From assembly GCA_017499595.2 (NCBI GenBank), contig CM039002.1:1116001-1180000 (forward strand): a stretch of DNA of 64,000 nucleotides, read 5' to 3'. This document shows, piece by piece, positions 1 through 11,623 of this stretch. The DNA comes from Psilocybe cubensis. Taxonomy: Eukaryota. The notes beneath the pieces were generated by a model that did no database searches, was not told where the DNA came from, and saw nothing but the letters and a program-made list of their open reading frames with translations. The first letter of the stretch is position 1; every line of letters begins with the position of its first letter. The position numbers were made by a program, and so were the translations under genes.

Positions 1-1405
1 CCCTCCGTCTTCTCCAACCTCCCAAGGTACAACTCCAAATCCTCATTATCAAAATAAATCGACGTGATAGCTAAAAAAAACACCAGCTCTCGTAAATGCA
101 AAATGTTCAATGTCAAGTTGACGGGGGGTATGTGACGTACCAGCGTCTTTAGGCTCAAACTCTTTATCGGGGTTAAACACTACACCGCACAAACCATTCC
201 AGATGAGCGACCAACGAACAAGCGAACCGAGCAACAACAAAAACAACAAAAGAAACACGTACCCAACACAGGCAAATGCCTCAAGATCGCCAACTTCAAC
301 GGGACAAGGTTATCCTGATGGACCCAATACTTTGTCGTCTGCCTTACGAACGCACTCTGGCTGCCGCCCGCGGCGGAGTCGCCCTGGACGGGGTGGCCGC
401 GCGTGCGGACGAGGTCATAGAGCTTGGAGAGTTTGACGATGAGTGCGTCCCAGTTATATTTGTAAAAGGGCCGCTTTTCGAGGTAGTCTTGGATGAAGGA
501 GGTTTTGAGTGCGAGGTGGGTTTGTTTCTGTAAAAGCGCGTGGGTTAGATAATGTGTGAATTCGAATTTGAATTTGGAGTTGGATAAGAGACTTACGTCG
601 TGTTTCTATGTGGATGGAAAGGGGTCGGTTGTAACGACGATAAGCGCTCCCAAGAACAACAGAAAAAAAAACGATGGAAAGCGAACCTTGAGAATTTTCA
701 TGAACCCAGTGATATTAAGCTTCGTATACAGCGCAAGGTCATGTACATCCGCAACGAGGATGGCAACTTCCTCTTCGAGCCCATGGAAGCGCTCTTCAAG
801 CGCATCGAAGCTCTCGTCCGATTCTTCCTCCTCCTCCTCGTCAGAGAGGTCGTCGTCGGAGCCAGCGTCGTGCGCGTACGGGTCGCGGCGCTGCGTCTGA
901 CTCTCGGCGTCGAGCAGCTGTTCGGAAGAGCGGGCAGCGCGCGGCTGCTTGGAGGGTGTGGACGCGGAGGAGCGGTGTGCTTCGGTGTCCTCTACGACGA
1001 GAGCTTGTACGTCTTTTTCGGCCTCGTGTATTCGGCGGGAGAGCTCGGAGGTCTATTAAAGTTGGCTATTAACTATAGAGTAGACAGCAAGGGATCACGG
1101 ACTTTGGCTTTTTGAAAGTCGTGGATCTTGTCAAGCTCTTTGGTGAGCATGAGGGTGAACTCGTGTTCATCCTTCTCGGACCAGCCCGTCTGGGAGGTTG
1201 TGCGTGTCTAGATGCATGTAAAAGAGGATCAGATAGGAAGGGAAAGGTGAAATGAAAAAAAGATTACTTTGAGCTCGCGCTTGAGACCGTTGTAGTCTAG
1301 ATAAAAGGGGCGCCATTCGTTGTAGAGGTCGGTCTGTGAAGTAATTAGACAGAATTCAAGAAAAGAGATAAACTGACGGACACTGATCTTTGTGCCAAAC
1401 TTCAT
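1..1405 (-). CDS. VTC4: Vacuolar transporter chaperone / polyphosphate polymerase, SPX N-terminus; multi-exon, runs off the window start
   Basis: Spliced translation from ATG 1405: [27 protein letters not shown] (SPX start), [62 protein letters not shown] (Vtc4 catalytic-domain entry). Confidence 0.92.
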
Positions 1406-1493
1406 TGGGGATGGAGGGTGGCTGGGAGGAAAGAGGGCGGAGGATTAACTTGAAGCGGAGGAGAGACACAAACGTGCGTGCCCGTCGTCATAT

Positions 1494-1503
1494 ATCACGT
1501 GAT
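1494..1503. promoter_or_regulatory. Palindromic E-box ATCACGTGAT in the ~146 bp divergent VTC4/GTR2 intergenic region
   Basis: Exact CACGTG core (bHLH site) between two head-to-head ATGs at 1405 (-) and 1552 (+). Function is inferred. Confidence 0.45.
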
Positions 1504-1551
1504 GGAGTAGAGATGGAATGTGTTTTCGGGAAAAAGAGCCGAGGTGCTTCA

Positions 1552-3780
1552 ATGTCTGTTCCCAATTACTCGTCGACCGCGAAGAGGGCGACTGTCAATG
1601 GCGCCAACAACCACCGCACAAAGATTTTGCTGCTCGGCCTGCGCAGGTGTGTGTGGTATCATTGAGATAGTCATAAACGCTGACCTTTGTAGAGCGGGCA
1701 AGACGTCGATCCAGCAGGTGCTGTTCAACAACCTGCCTCCGAACCAGACGTTCTATCTCGAGACGACGATGCGGATCGTGAAACACCAGATAGAGTGCGT
1801 TGACTTGTGGGCTCTCTGTCTCTGCGCCTCTGACGCCGCGTAGCACGGTGATCCCGCTCGAGCTGTGGGACTGCCCGGCCAACACGACCGTCGAGTCGCT
1901 CGGTGCACCGCTCTCGCAGTTTTCAACTATCATCTTTGTGATTGACATACGCGTATGCTCATCTTTAGCGATATAACTGCGTGTGCTAACTATATTCTAG
2001 GACCTGTACAACCAGCCGATATCTAAGCTGGTCGAGTTCATCGTCGCCTCCTATGCGGAAAACCCCAACATTATCCTCGAGGTATTCGTCCACAAGGCAG
2101 AGAAGCTCCAGGAAGACGACAAAATAGGTCCGTTTTCTCTCGTTTTCGCTATCTCTACTGACACTCTCCCCAGAAAACTTTCGTCAGATTCATGAGCGAG
2201 TGTCTGACCGGCTGCTGGACATGTCGCCCGAGTACGAGCAGATGCAGCTCAATTTCCACCTCACCTCTGTCTACGACCATTCTCTGCACGAGGCATTTTC
2301 TCGCGTCCTCCACAAACTCATCGACTCTCTTCCTTTTCTTGAAGAGCTCCTCAACGTCTTTTGTGCGGTGCGTCTTTCTCAACCCCCTATCTCCTTTCTG
2401 TGCTGATTGTTTTACAGAACTCGCAATCACCTAAAGCTTTCCTCTTCGACACCCGTTCGCGTCTCTATGTTGCTACAGACGCGTCCCCCGTCGACTCTGC
2501 TACCCACAACCTTTGCTGCGATTATTTACAGATGCTCAACTCCTTTGGCCCGCTCTACAAGTTTGTTTCTTCCTCTTATTCCTACAATTTACTGACATCT
2601 TTCAAGGTCAATAACAGCAACACCCTCACGGCAGCGACAGCTCATATCTGGCACATCCATACCCGTCCCAGCTACACCACCGCCCTCTTCCATCTCCTCC
2701 ATCTCCTCCCGTTCCCTGCGGCCCGCAGCTACACCCTCCAGCACCAGCACCGCAGCCTCCGCCTCCACACCCTCCTCTTCCTCTTCCAACCCTTCAAATT
2801 CGAATTCCAACGCCAGAACCAACGCCTACAGACCACCACCACCCACCAACGGCTCCTCAAGCCTCCTCGCCCCCATCCCACCGACCCCGCCAACGCCCAC
2901 CACGCCCCGCGCATCCGCCACCACGTCGCCTGTGCACACAAACGGAAAAACGGCTGGCAACAAGGATAAAGATAGGGATAAGGATAGAGGTGTGGGTGTA
3001 GGACCGGGATCGGGAACGGGTTCGACCACAGTTACACCGACGACCGTGACGCCTACGAGGCCTTCTGTCCATGGATCATATTTTCCGCCTATGCCGACTC
3101 CTCCGCCTTCTACTTCTACTTCGACGACGGGACGCACGGGTATGGTGACGTCACCCCCGGGGCCTATCCACCCGCCTACGACGAGTCTCACTGTGAATGT
3201 ATCGCCCGACTCAAATGGATCGGGATCAGGTTCAGGTGCGTCGGGGATAGGAACAGGGAAGAGGAAAGATAAAGATTTATTTTATCCTTCTGCTTCGACG
3301 ACACTTTCGTCTTTCTCGTTTTCATCTTCCTCTTCGTCTGCTTCGGCGCCTGCGTCTGCGATGGGTGCGGGCCATTCGCATTCGCATCGGCATGGGCATG
3401 GGTCAAGGCATGCGAGCGCGCATGGACACTCGCATTCGCAACTGCCAACCGCGCTCTCGGCATCTTCGACATCGCTCTCGCGCACACCTGTGCCAAACGG
3501 ACACGGGCACCACATCACCCCCTCGCATTCGCACTCGCACTCCACCAACACCCCCACAAACCCCTCCACACCCATAACAACCGCCCCTGCTTCCCAACCT
3601 CCAAACCCAGGCACAACAACACTCACATACCACCTCATCACACAACACCTCGCGCTGCTCGCTTTGATACCCGCGCATGTGTACACGGAGAGGAGGGGGC
3701 TGGTGGAGTATAATGTTGTGTTTTTTAGGGAGGGAGTGCAGGAGATATGTGAGATTGAGGAGGAGGCGAGGGGGGTATGA
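1552..3780 (+). CDS. GTR2: Rag GTPase RagC/Gtr2, multi-exon, with long low-complexity insertions in the C-terminal domain
   Basis: P-loop KILLLGLRRAGKTS, PNQTFYLETT, ELWDCP, EVFVHKAE, FHLTSVYDHSLHEAFSRV, KAFLFD..SRLYVATDASPVD, terminal ERRGLVEYNVVFFREGVQEI; introns with GT-AG ends. Confidence 0.92.
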
Positions 3781-4229
3781 GGGGATGGTGGGGGGTGCCG
3801 GTGAGGAACGGGATGGATGAATTTTGGAAGCGGAGGTGGAGGTGGAGGGAGAAAAGGGTGTCGCGGTCTTCAGTTTGACCGTGACCAGTTGACCTGTTAA
3901 TCTTGCATCCTTTTTTGTGTGTGTGTTTCTCTATTTTCATATGCTTTTCATGTGCGATTTCACTTTTTTACTCAGTTTACAGTTTACTCTTTCAACTTTC
4001 ACACTTCGCGCATTATGCATTATGACAATGTTTTGATTACTTACTCTTATTCTTACTCCTTGCTAATTTTGAAGACGTGAAGTTTAAAGCTTAAAGTCTT
4101 ATACCTTGACATTGCTGTCAGATCATCATCTCAAGTACTATACAAATTCACCGCAAACTCATCTGTTCTGTCCGGTGCAAAGTTGCAGTCGAATTTGGGC
4201 TTCTACTGCAAATCACGTAAGTCTCTGTC

Positions 4230-5097
4230 GCTTGGTTTCCAATTGGCGCGTTGGGGATACTCGCAGAGTCGCAGACCACGCTCTCCTCTCGCTGGCAATC
4301 TAGCGTGCGCTACGAATCTAGCGTGCCTCACACCTTCGTACAAATCTTGCCAGCCAGTTGCGCATTATCAATTGGCGGGAGGCTCACCACAACCGACCAC
4401 ATCTCACTGGATTATCTATTCCGGATGGTTGAGAGGTTGGAGTAGCACCTATCAAGTGGAGTCCATCTGATGCCCAGCCATCTAGAATTTTATTGATCTT
4501 GGTGCTTGCATTGTTTAACGATAGGCATCCGTACAGCTCCTTCCAACGGTCAAAATCCTCGTCGCGGAATTCGGGAACTACAAACTACACAACTACTCCT
4601 CTATACCTATCCCCAAAGCGACCTACGCAGCCAGGCAGCTTGAACCTATCCACTCATACCAGCCAATATGGAATATAGAGGGACTCAAGGGCCAATCACA
4701 TTGGCCCTTTAGCTGCTTCGCCAGCGGGACACGGTCCAGAGCATACACCGTCATTGCTCAATACGCGCTGGTGACGCTATTGGCGTACGACTATGACGAT
4801 GGTGCATCCCTGACTCGCAGCGCACCTCCACCGACGCCGTCGATGAATGTCGTTTCGCGACGAAGATGTCGATCTGCGACGGCACGCCTGCTGCGCTGGC
4901 CCTCAACGCACATTCACTATTATCGGCCTTCATGAGATGAGTCGTGTCTTTGGGTGTTCGTTTGTTACGCCGTCCCCGTCCCCGTCCCTGTCCTCGTCCT
5001 CATCCTCGGAGCACCCTGCGGTACACTGTAAATAAGGGTCCGTTGCGAGTGAAGTTCCGCCATGCATCGTATATCGTCGTCGATGACGATATCGGGT
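4230..5097 (+). pseudogene. Degenerate, 5'-truncated paralog of the F-box array gene
   Basis: Collinear similarity by eye to 8635-9370 (ttggtttcc.., cgcattatcaattggc, gtacagctcc.tccaacgg.caaaatcctcgt, SYIVVDDDIG vs SYLIADDNIG), with indels and stops. Confidence 0.8.
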
Positions 5098-5471
5098 TTA
5101 GTTAACCGCAGATTCGGCGAGGACTTTACGAAAACGATGGACCATTTCCAGCTTCTGTGGTGGGCTTTGGTAAACTGCCAATCAATTTTGAATCTGTGGA
5201 ATGTGGTTACAAGCATGCCTGCACCCTCCTGGTCTGCAGTCATATAGAGAGCGGGAGACAGCGACTAGCCAGCAAAATGGTCCTAGACGCCAACTAGACA
5301 CTTGGCCGCATGGAAGTCTCAAAAAGCTTTTTAGCCAGATTCAAGTATCGCTCTTTGGATATATTTTGGTTTTATTGAATGTGTAGTATACAAAGTATAG
5401 CAGTAAGGATCAAAAGTTGAGTTATTACCAGCAATATATGACTTTCGGCTGGGTTGTGATCGGTTTCAATG

Positions 5472-7079
5472 TTAATCTTCAAGTTCAAGCTCCTGCCATA
5501 TTGACATCGGATTTAACATAGCCTCCATAAAACCTAATTAGTCATTGGTCCCTGTAGTACAAAAGCAAACTTACCCAAGAGACCATTAGATTAAAAAATT
5601 TTTTGATCTGCGCGCTGAGGAGGTTTTGGTCTTCAAGGTCGTAGTTAAGCTTCATAACCGTGGAATGGTAAACCAGACATTGCGTATGGTCTGTTTTCTT
5701 TAAGCTGATTCCAAATATCCATGCTTCCCCTGTTGTTATGCACCATGTCACCGCAGTTTTAGTCCTGAATCAACTTGTGAGTTACAGCGAGAGCAGGCCA
5801 TCTCTTCAGAAGAACCACTGACTGAACTCACCTTAGTACTGTTATCCTGTAAGCAATAATGATTGCACCCTAGTATCAAAACAAACAAATCTACTAGTTA
5901 TGGAAGTTAAACTCACGCTGCTAGTACCTCTGCGACAACTTGAGGGATGAAATTAACCAGATCGTCAGCATTTCCCATCTTCTTGGCCTCTACCATGAAT
6001 AGATGCAGCTGATCTCCATGTATCGGAAGGCCGGAACGATCCAAATCCCTCTCAAGCTGGGATAGGTTGTTGAAAGTTCGCATCTTTAACAAAACAGATT
6101 GTTCTAGATAACTCCATGTCAACTGTCTCAACGCAGCGAATATAGCAAAAAAACGTACTGATTGCGGAACGAAATGCAACAAACAGAGCATAGTCGACCG
6201 ACCCTGTAATGCAAGTTGCGACCTTTGTCGCACTCCCATTCGGAGATATTTTTGAATACAACACCACAACTGGTTTCCGTACAGTAGCTAGTTGAAGCTC
6301 AGGAAATAACAGTGGAATCATGTTAATACTTATGAAGTATCCCATCATAAAGAGAATGAACTGATCAATAAGAAGACGTCCCCTCGCCTCAGGCTATTGC
6401 AGAAATTATCATGTACTTATTCTGTCTGCAAGAAATTATACGTAATCGATTTACGTACCTTTTGGCCTGTGTATATCACTATGTTTTGGATGGTCTTCGT
6501 CGTGGCCTCGCCGTATGTTTTAAAGTAATCGGCCCTATGTTCCTCCCCAAAGGCAACACCGCCGCTCAAATTGGTGATGACGGCTTCAACATTGGCAGCT
6601 TTGGATAATATCGAGATACCCAATTTTTCATAGTGATTCGTGTTAACACGAGAAAATGATATTGCCTGTATTAATTATCATTAAGTTGACCCTTTCAAGT
6701 ATTAAATATATGGACACACGGAGAATGTATAGTTCTGCTGTGTGTATTTAGCCTTGAGCTTTTCTACTGTGGAAAAAATCTGCGATGCTTGATGAAGAAT
6801 GTCGGATATTGTGCTAAATGCGTCCACATGAGACCACCTTTTTCCTACGTGGCTCCTGAGAGCCTCAATTTTTCTTGGGAGGTTTTCAGAATTTATGTCG
6901 CGCAGCGACGTAGATTTGGGTCGATGATCATCTAGATTAGAGTCGTAGTCGCCGGCTGCAACGTCAAGCAGAGTTATGCTAGATCCTTCGGTCTTGAGAC
7001 TGTAGCCTTCCTCTGCATCGTCAGCGGGAGGTATGATCGGAGGTGTTGATGTGGATGGAATGCCTGTGCTGTCTGTCAT
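5472..7079 (-). CDS. Putative PD-(D/E)XK restriction-endonuclease-fold protein, about 7 exons
   Basis: Exons splice in frame: PEARGRLLID..ITGSVDYALFV..LFMVEAKK..FIPQVVAEVLAA..WCITTGEAWIFG. Includes a 15-nt microexon at ~5832-5846. The last acceptor and stop are uncertain. Confidence 0.65.
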
Positions 7080-7659
7080 CGAACGGGAAAGTATAAAAAA
7101 CGGGAACTGAATGGGTAGGCGGCGTTATTTCAAGTTTACTTTTTCCTCAAAAACGCCTCCTTTATAGGCATTTGGATTGTCTCTTTATAGATTCACCGTG
7201 ACTTTGTAAGCTCGAGGGATCAATAGACCGACAATTGGGGACCGGGAAGAGTGAATGCTACAGGATGACCTTCACAGAAGGACAAAGGTAACCTGACCAA
7301 AGCTGTGATTCATACATGATAATCTGAGCCCACGTAAACATCACAGTGCGATTGTGTATACAGTTGCAAAATTTGCACAAGATCTCACAAGATAGAAGCC
7401 CAGGGGACGGTGTTGCATGCAGACCATGTACCCATTCGCGAGTATTTTTAGTGAAGGTACTACCGAGGAATAACCGCTGCAGCACTTGATTACAGTCGTA
7501 ATTATCCGACGTCACATGGCGTAACTTTCGGACTGTCTGTAAAGATAAATCTCATGCATGAGGGACAATCTGGGAAAATAAACCTCACAAACGAAATGAT
7601 CTGTCTTGATTAGTACCTTGTTTCGGAAGTCGGAGATCCAAATTTGATTGCCAGCAAAC

Positions 7660-7701
7660 CAACAACAACAACAACAGCAACAACACAACAACAACAACAA
7701 C
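7660..7701 (+). repeat. Imperfect (CAA)n microsatellite in the spacer upstream of F-box copy 1
   Basis: caacaacaacaacaacagcaacaacacaacaacaacaacaac. The equivalent position in the other units has only caacaataacatcaac. Confidence 0.85.
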
Positions 7702-7832
7702 AGTGTCGACGTGGGCCCGTGGTACATTGATATTCTAAGTCCCATCGCCTTTGGAACTGATACTGCCCTAGTTAAACTGGCGACTTCGTTGTGTCGTCAT
7801 ACTTTGACGATATGACCTCCATTCTCGGTAGT

Positions 7833-9504
7833 ATGAATCGGTGGATTTTGCATTGGGTCAAAGACTTTTTTCTGGTTAGTTTCTTTATTTATGATGTAAG
7901 TAACACAACTCACATGAGTTAACACAGAAGACGCGTCCATATATCTTCAGAATACCTGTTGAACTGATTATCGAAATTCTCAAATTTTTGGAATGGAGAG
8001 AAGTGTTACTCGTGCGACAAGTATGTGGACAACGTCATTTATACCTTACTACAAGCCTAAAACCCGAAATCTAGACATGTAAATATCTTGCTGGTGTAAC
8101 TACGTCTCGGGCTATTTGGAAAGGACTTGTCGATGAATACCTTGTAACAAGCTTCATGCCGCCGAAGATAGAGCGACCACTCGCGTCGCATTCCTCTCAG
8201 GAGCTCGAGTGTCTATTCCTTCGATGGAAAAGTGCAGATCTTGCTTTTGGATCCGACAAATTTATTACTCCCCAAGAACGTACGTTTATGGGACCCAAGA
8301 CTTACTCCGTACGTCTTATTACAGGAGGGCGCTGGCTATTGAGCATACAGCAAACAGGGGCCGTGCAATACTACGACCTCGATGCAGAGATGTCTGTCGC
8401 CGTCGAGCTCATCCCAGCACAGAGTGAAGAAGCCGTTATTACGTCAACTATCGACTACGACATGGACGCTCCATTTCTGAAATTCAATATTGCGTTTTGC
8501 TACAAGTCTGAAGACGCGCTCGAGATGGAATCTCATAAATTTCGAGGAAATCGTTGTATATGCAAAATATGGAATGTCAAAGCCATCCTGGATGACACTA
8601 GGCATGTAATCGGCCTCATTGCTACACAGATCGCTTGGTTTCCATTTGGTGTGGAAGTGAACAGTGTGCCCATGTTCTCTCTTCTTGGATCAAATCTAGC
8701 GTGTATCACACATTTAGCGTCCCTTGCACCTTCCTACGAACCCTGTCTACTACGCATTATCAATTGGCAACAGGCTCACGAAAACCCTCTGCGTTATACA
8801 TTCCGGGTGGTTGAGAGGTTAGAACGCCAAGTACGGTTCTCCATTCCACCATGGAACATTTATTGATTTTGTTGCAACAACAGGCATGCGTACAGCTCCT
8901 GCCAACGGGCAAAATCCTCGTTACAGAATATGGGAATTACAAACTTTACGACTACTTATCTATACCTGAAGGGAATTATACGCCGGAACAACCTATAAGT
9001 TCTTATCAGCCAATCTGGAATATAAAAGGACCAAGTTGTGACTGGCCCTTCAACTGTTTCTTCACCGGGTCACGGGCATATGTCATCATCGGCGAATACG
9101 CGTTGGTGTCGATGCTGGCATTTGACTATGTGTCCCCAAGTGGCACCCCACCGTCTATGAATATCGTTTATCGAGACAAAACGGTCCTTCTACAAGAAAA
9201 AGGCACTTACGTTGGTGCGAAGCGTACAATTGCACTTGTTCGTCTTCACACACTTCGTATTTTGGATTATTCATCCTTCACAACGTCCAAGGAGCCGGTA
9301 GTACTCCGTCAAGAAGGGGTGACGAACATCAACATCATCTCCTACCTCATCGCTGATGACAATATTGGGAGATGTGTTTGTATATTTAATGGCTACGATA
9401 ATGGCAAATACAAGCACCAGACCGAATTTCATGTGGTAGATTTTGGCAGGCTGCCGAAACAAGTAGCTCAGTCCTGCCAAGCTATACTTGCGGACTGTCT
9501 GTAA
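7833..9504 (+). CDS. F-box protein, array copy 1 (4 exons)
   Basis: MNRWILHWVKDFFL|KTRPYIFRIPVELIIEILKFLEWREVLLVRQ|TCKYLAGVTTSRAIW (F-box consensus), then ORFs 8156-8866 and 8851-9504 joined by an intron. An in-frame upstream ATG exists at 7812. Confidence 0.85.
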
Positions 9505-9731
9505 AGATAAATCTTATGCATAATGGATAATCTATATAGGAAAATATGCTAATGCTTCGGAATTCGGAGATCCAAATTTGATTGCCAGCAAACCAACAAT
9601 AACATCAACTGTGTTGCAACTGTGTCGACACAAGTCCCCGTCGCCTTTCGAACTGATACTGCCCTAGTTAAACTGGTGACTTTTTTATGTCATCATAATT
9701 CGACGATACGACCACTAGAACTCTCGGTAGT

Positions 9732-11402
9732 ATGCATCAGTGGATTTTGCATTGGGTCAAAGATTTTCTTCTGGTTAGCTTCTTCATTTATGATATAGTA
9801 ACTTCATAACTCACATGAGTTAGCACAGAAGACGCGTCCATGTATCTTCAGAATACCTGTTGAACTGATTATTGAAATTCTCAAATTTTTGGAATGGAGA
9901 GAAGTGTTACTCGTGCGACAAGTATGTGGACAACGTCATTTGTAGCTTGCTACATGCCTCAAACCGGAAATTTAGACGTGTAAATATCTTGCCGGTGTAA
10001 CTACGTCTCGGGCCATTTGGAAAAGACTTGTCGATGAATACCTTGTAACAAGCTTCATGCCGCCAAAGACAGAGCGACCACTCGCGTCGCATTCCTCTCA
10101 GGAGCTCGAGTGTCTATTCCTTCGATGGAAAAGTGCAGATCTTGCTTTTGGATCCGACAAATCTATTACTCCCCAAGAACGTACGTTTATGGGACCCAAG
10201 ACCCACTCTGTATGTCTTATTACAGGAGGGCGCTGGCTATTGAGCATACAGCAAACAGGGGCCGTGCAATATTACGACCTCGATGCAGAGACGTCTGTCG
10301 CCGTCGAGCTCATCCCAGCACAGAGTGAAGAAGCCGTTATTACGTCAACTATCGACTACGACATGGACGCTCCATTTCTGAAATTCAATATTGCGTTTTG
10401 CTACCGAACACAAGATGCGGGCAAAATGGAATCTTATAAATTTCAAGGAAATCGTTGTATATGCAAAATATGGAATGTCGAAGCCATCCTGGATGATACT
10501 AGGCATGTGATTGGCCTCATTGCTACACGGATTGCTTGGTTTCCATTTGGTGTGGAAGTGAACGGTGTGCCCATGCTCTCTCTTCTTGGGTCAAATCTAG
10601 CGTGTATCGCATATATAATGTCTCTTTCACGTTCCTACGAACCCTGTGTAGTACGAATTATCAATTGGCAACAGGCTCACGAAAACCCTCTGCATTATCC
10701 ATTCCGGGTGGTCGAGAGGTTGGATCATCAAGTACGGTTCTCCATCTCACCATGGAACATTTATTGATTTTGTTGAAACAATAGGCATGTGTACAGCTCC
10801 TGCCAACGGGTAAAATCCTCGTTACAGAATGTGGGAATTACAAACTTTACGACTACTTATCTATACCTGAAGGGAATTATACGCCGGAACCACCTATATG
10901 TTCCTATCAGCCAATCTGGAATATAAAAGGACCAAGTAGTGACTGGCCCTTCCGCTGTTTCCTCACAGGGTCACAGGCATACATCGTCATCGGCCAATAC
11001 GCGTTGGTGTCGATGTTGGCATTCGACTATGTGTCCACAACTGGCACCCCACCGTCTGTGAATCTCATTTATCGAAGCGAATGGGCCGATATGCATCGAA
11101 GAGCCACTTACGTTGGTGCGAAGCGTACAATTGCGCTTGGTCGTCTTCACACACTTCGTATTTTGGAGTATTCAACCTTCACCACGTCCAAGGAGCCTGT
11201 AGTACTCCATCAAGAAAGGTTGACGAACATCGAGGTCATCTCCTACCTCATCGCTGATGACAATATTGGGAGATGTGTTTCTATATTTAATGGCTACGAT
11301 GACAGATACAAGCACCAGACCGAATTTCATGTGGTAGATTTTGGCAGACTGCCGAATCAGTTAGCTCAGTCCTGCCAAGTTATACTTGCGGACTGCCTGT
11401 AA
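9732..11402 (+). CDS. F-box protein, array copy 2 (4 exons)
   Basis: Same exon structure as copy 1 and intact; ORFs 10057-10767 and 11004-11402. Confidence 0.85.
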
Positions 11403-11623
11403 AGATAAATCTTATGCATAATGGATAATCTATATAGGAAAATATGCTTCCTCGTACTAACGAAATGATCTGCCTTATACATTAGTATCAAGTAAATTGT
11501 ACCGCCTCCAACTGAACCCCAATGGCATTATTGATCTTCACGGCTCTCACGCAAACATCAGGGCTCTAGGCTGTATATGTGACTGCAGTGTAATGGAAGC
11601 TATTTCTATATTTTACTCTTTCC

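Larger units (their letters stand above)
7522..11501 (+). repeat. Tandem array, left arm: 3' remnant of one unit plus two ~1.9 kb F-box gene units
   Basis: cggactgtctgtaaagataaatct recurs at ~7528, 9491 and 11388. The spacer cggagatccaaatttgattgccagcaaacc recurs at 7631 and 9565. Confidence 0.95.

Noticed and set aside
203-1115. Several + strand ORFs
   Set aside because: They lie antisense to VTC4 exons.
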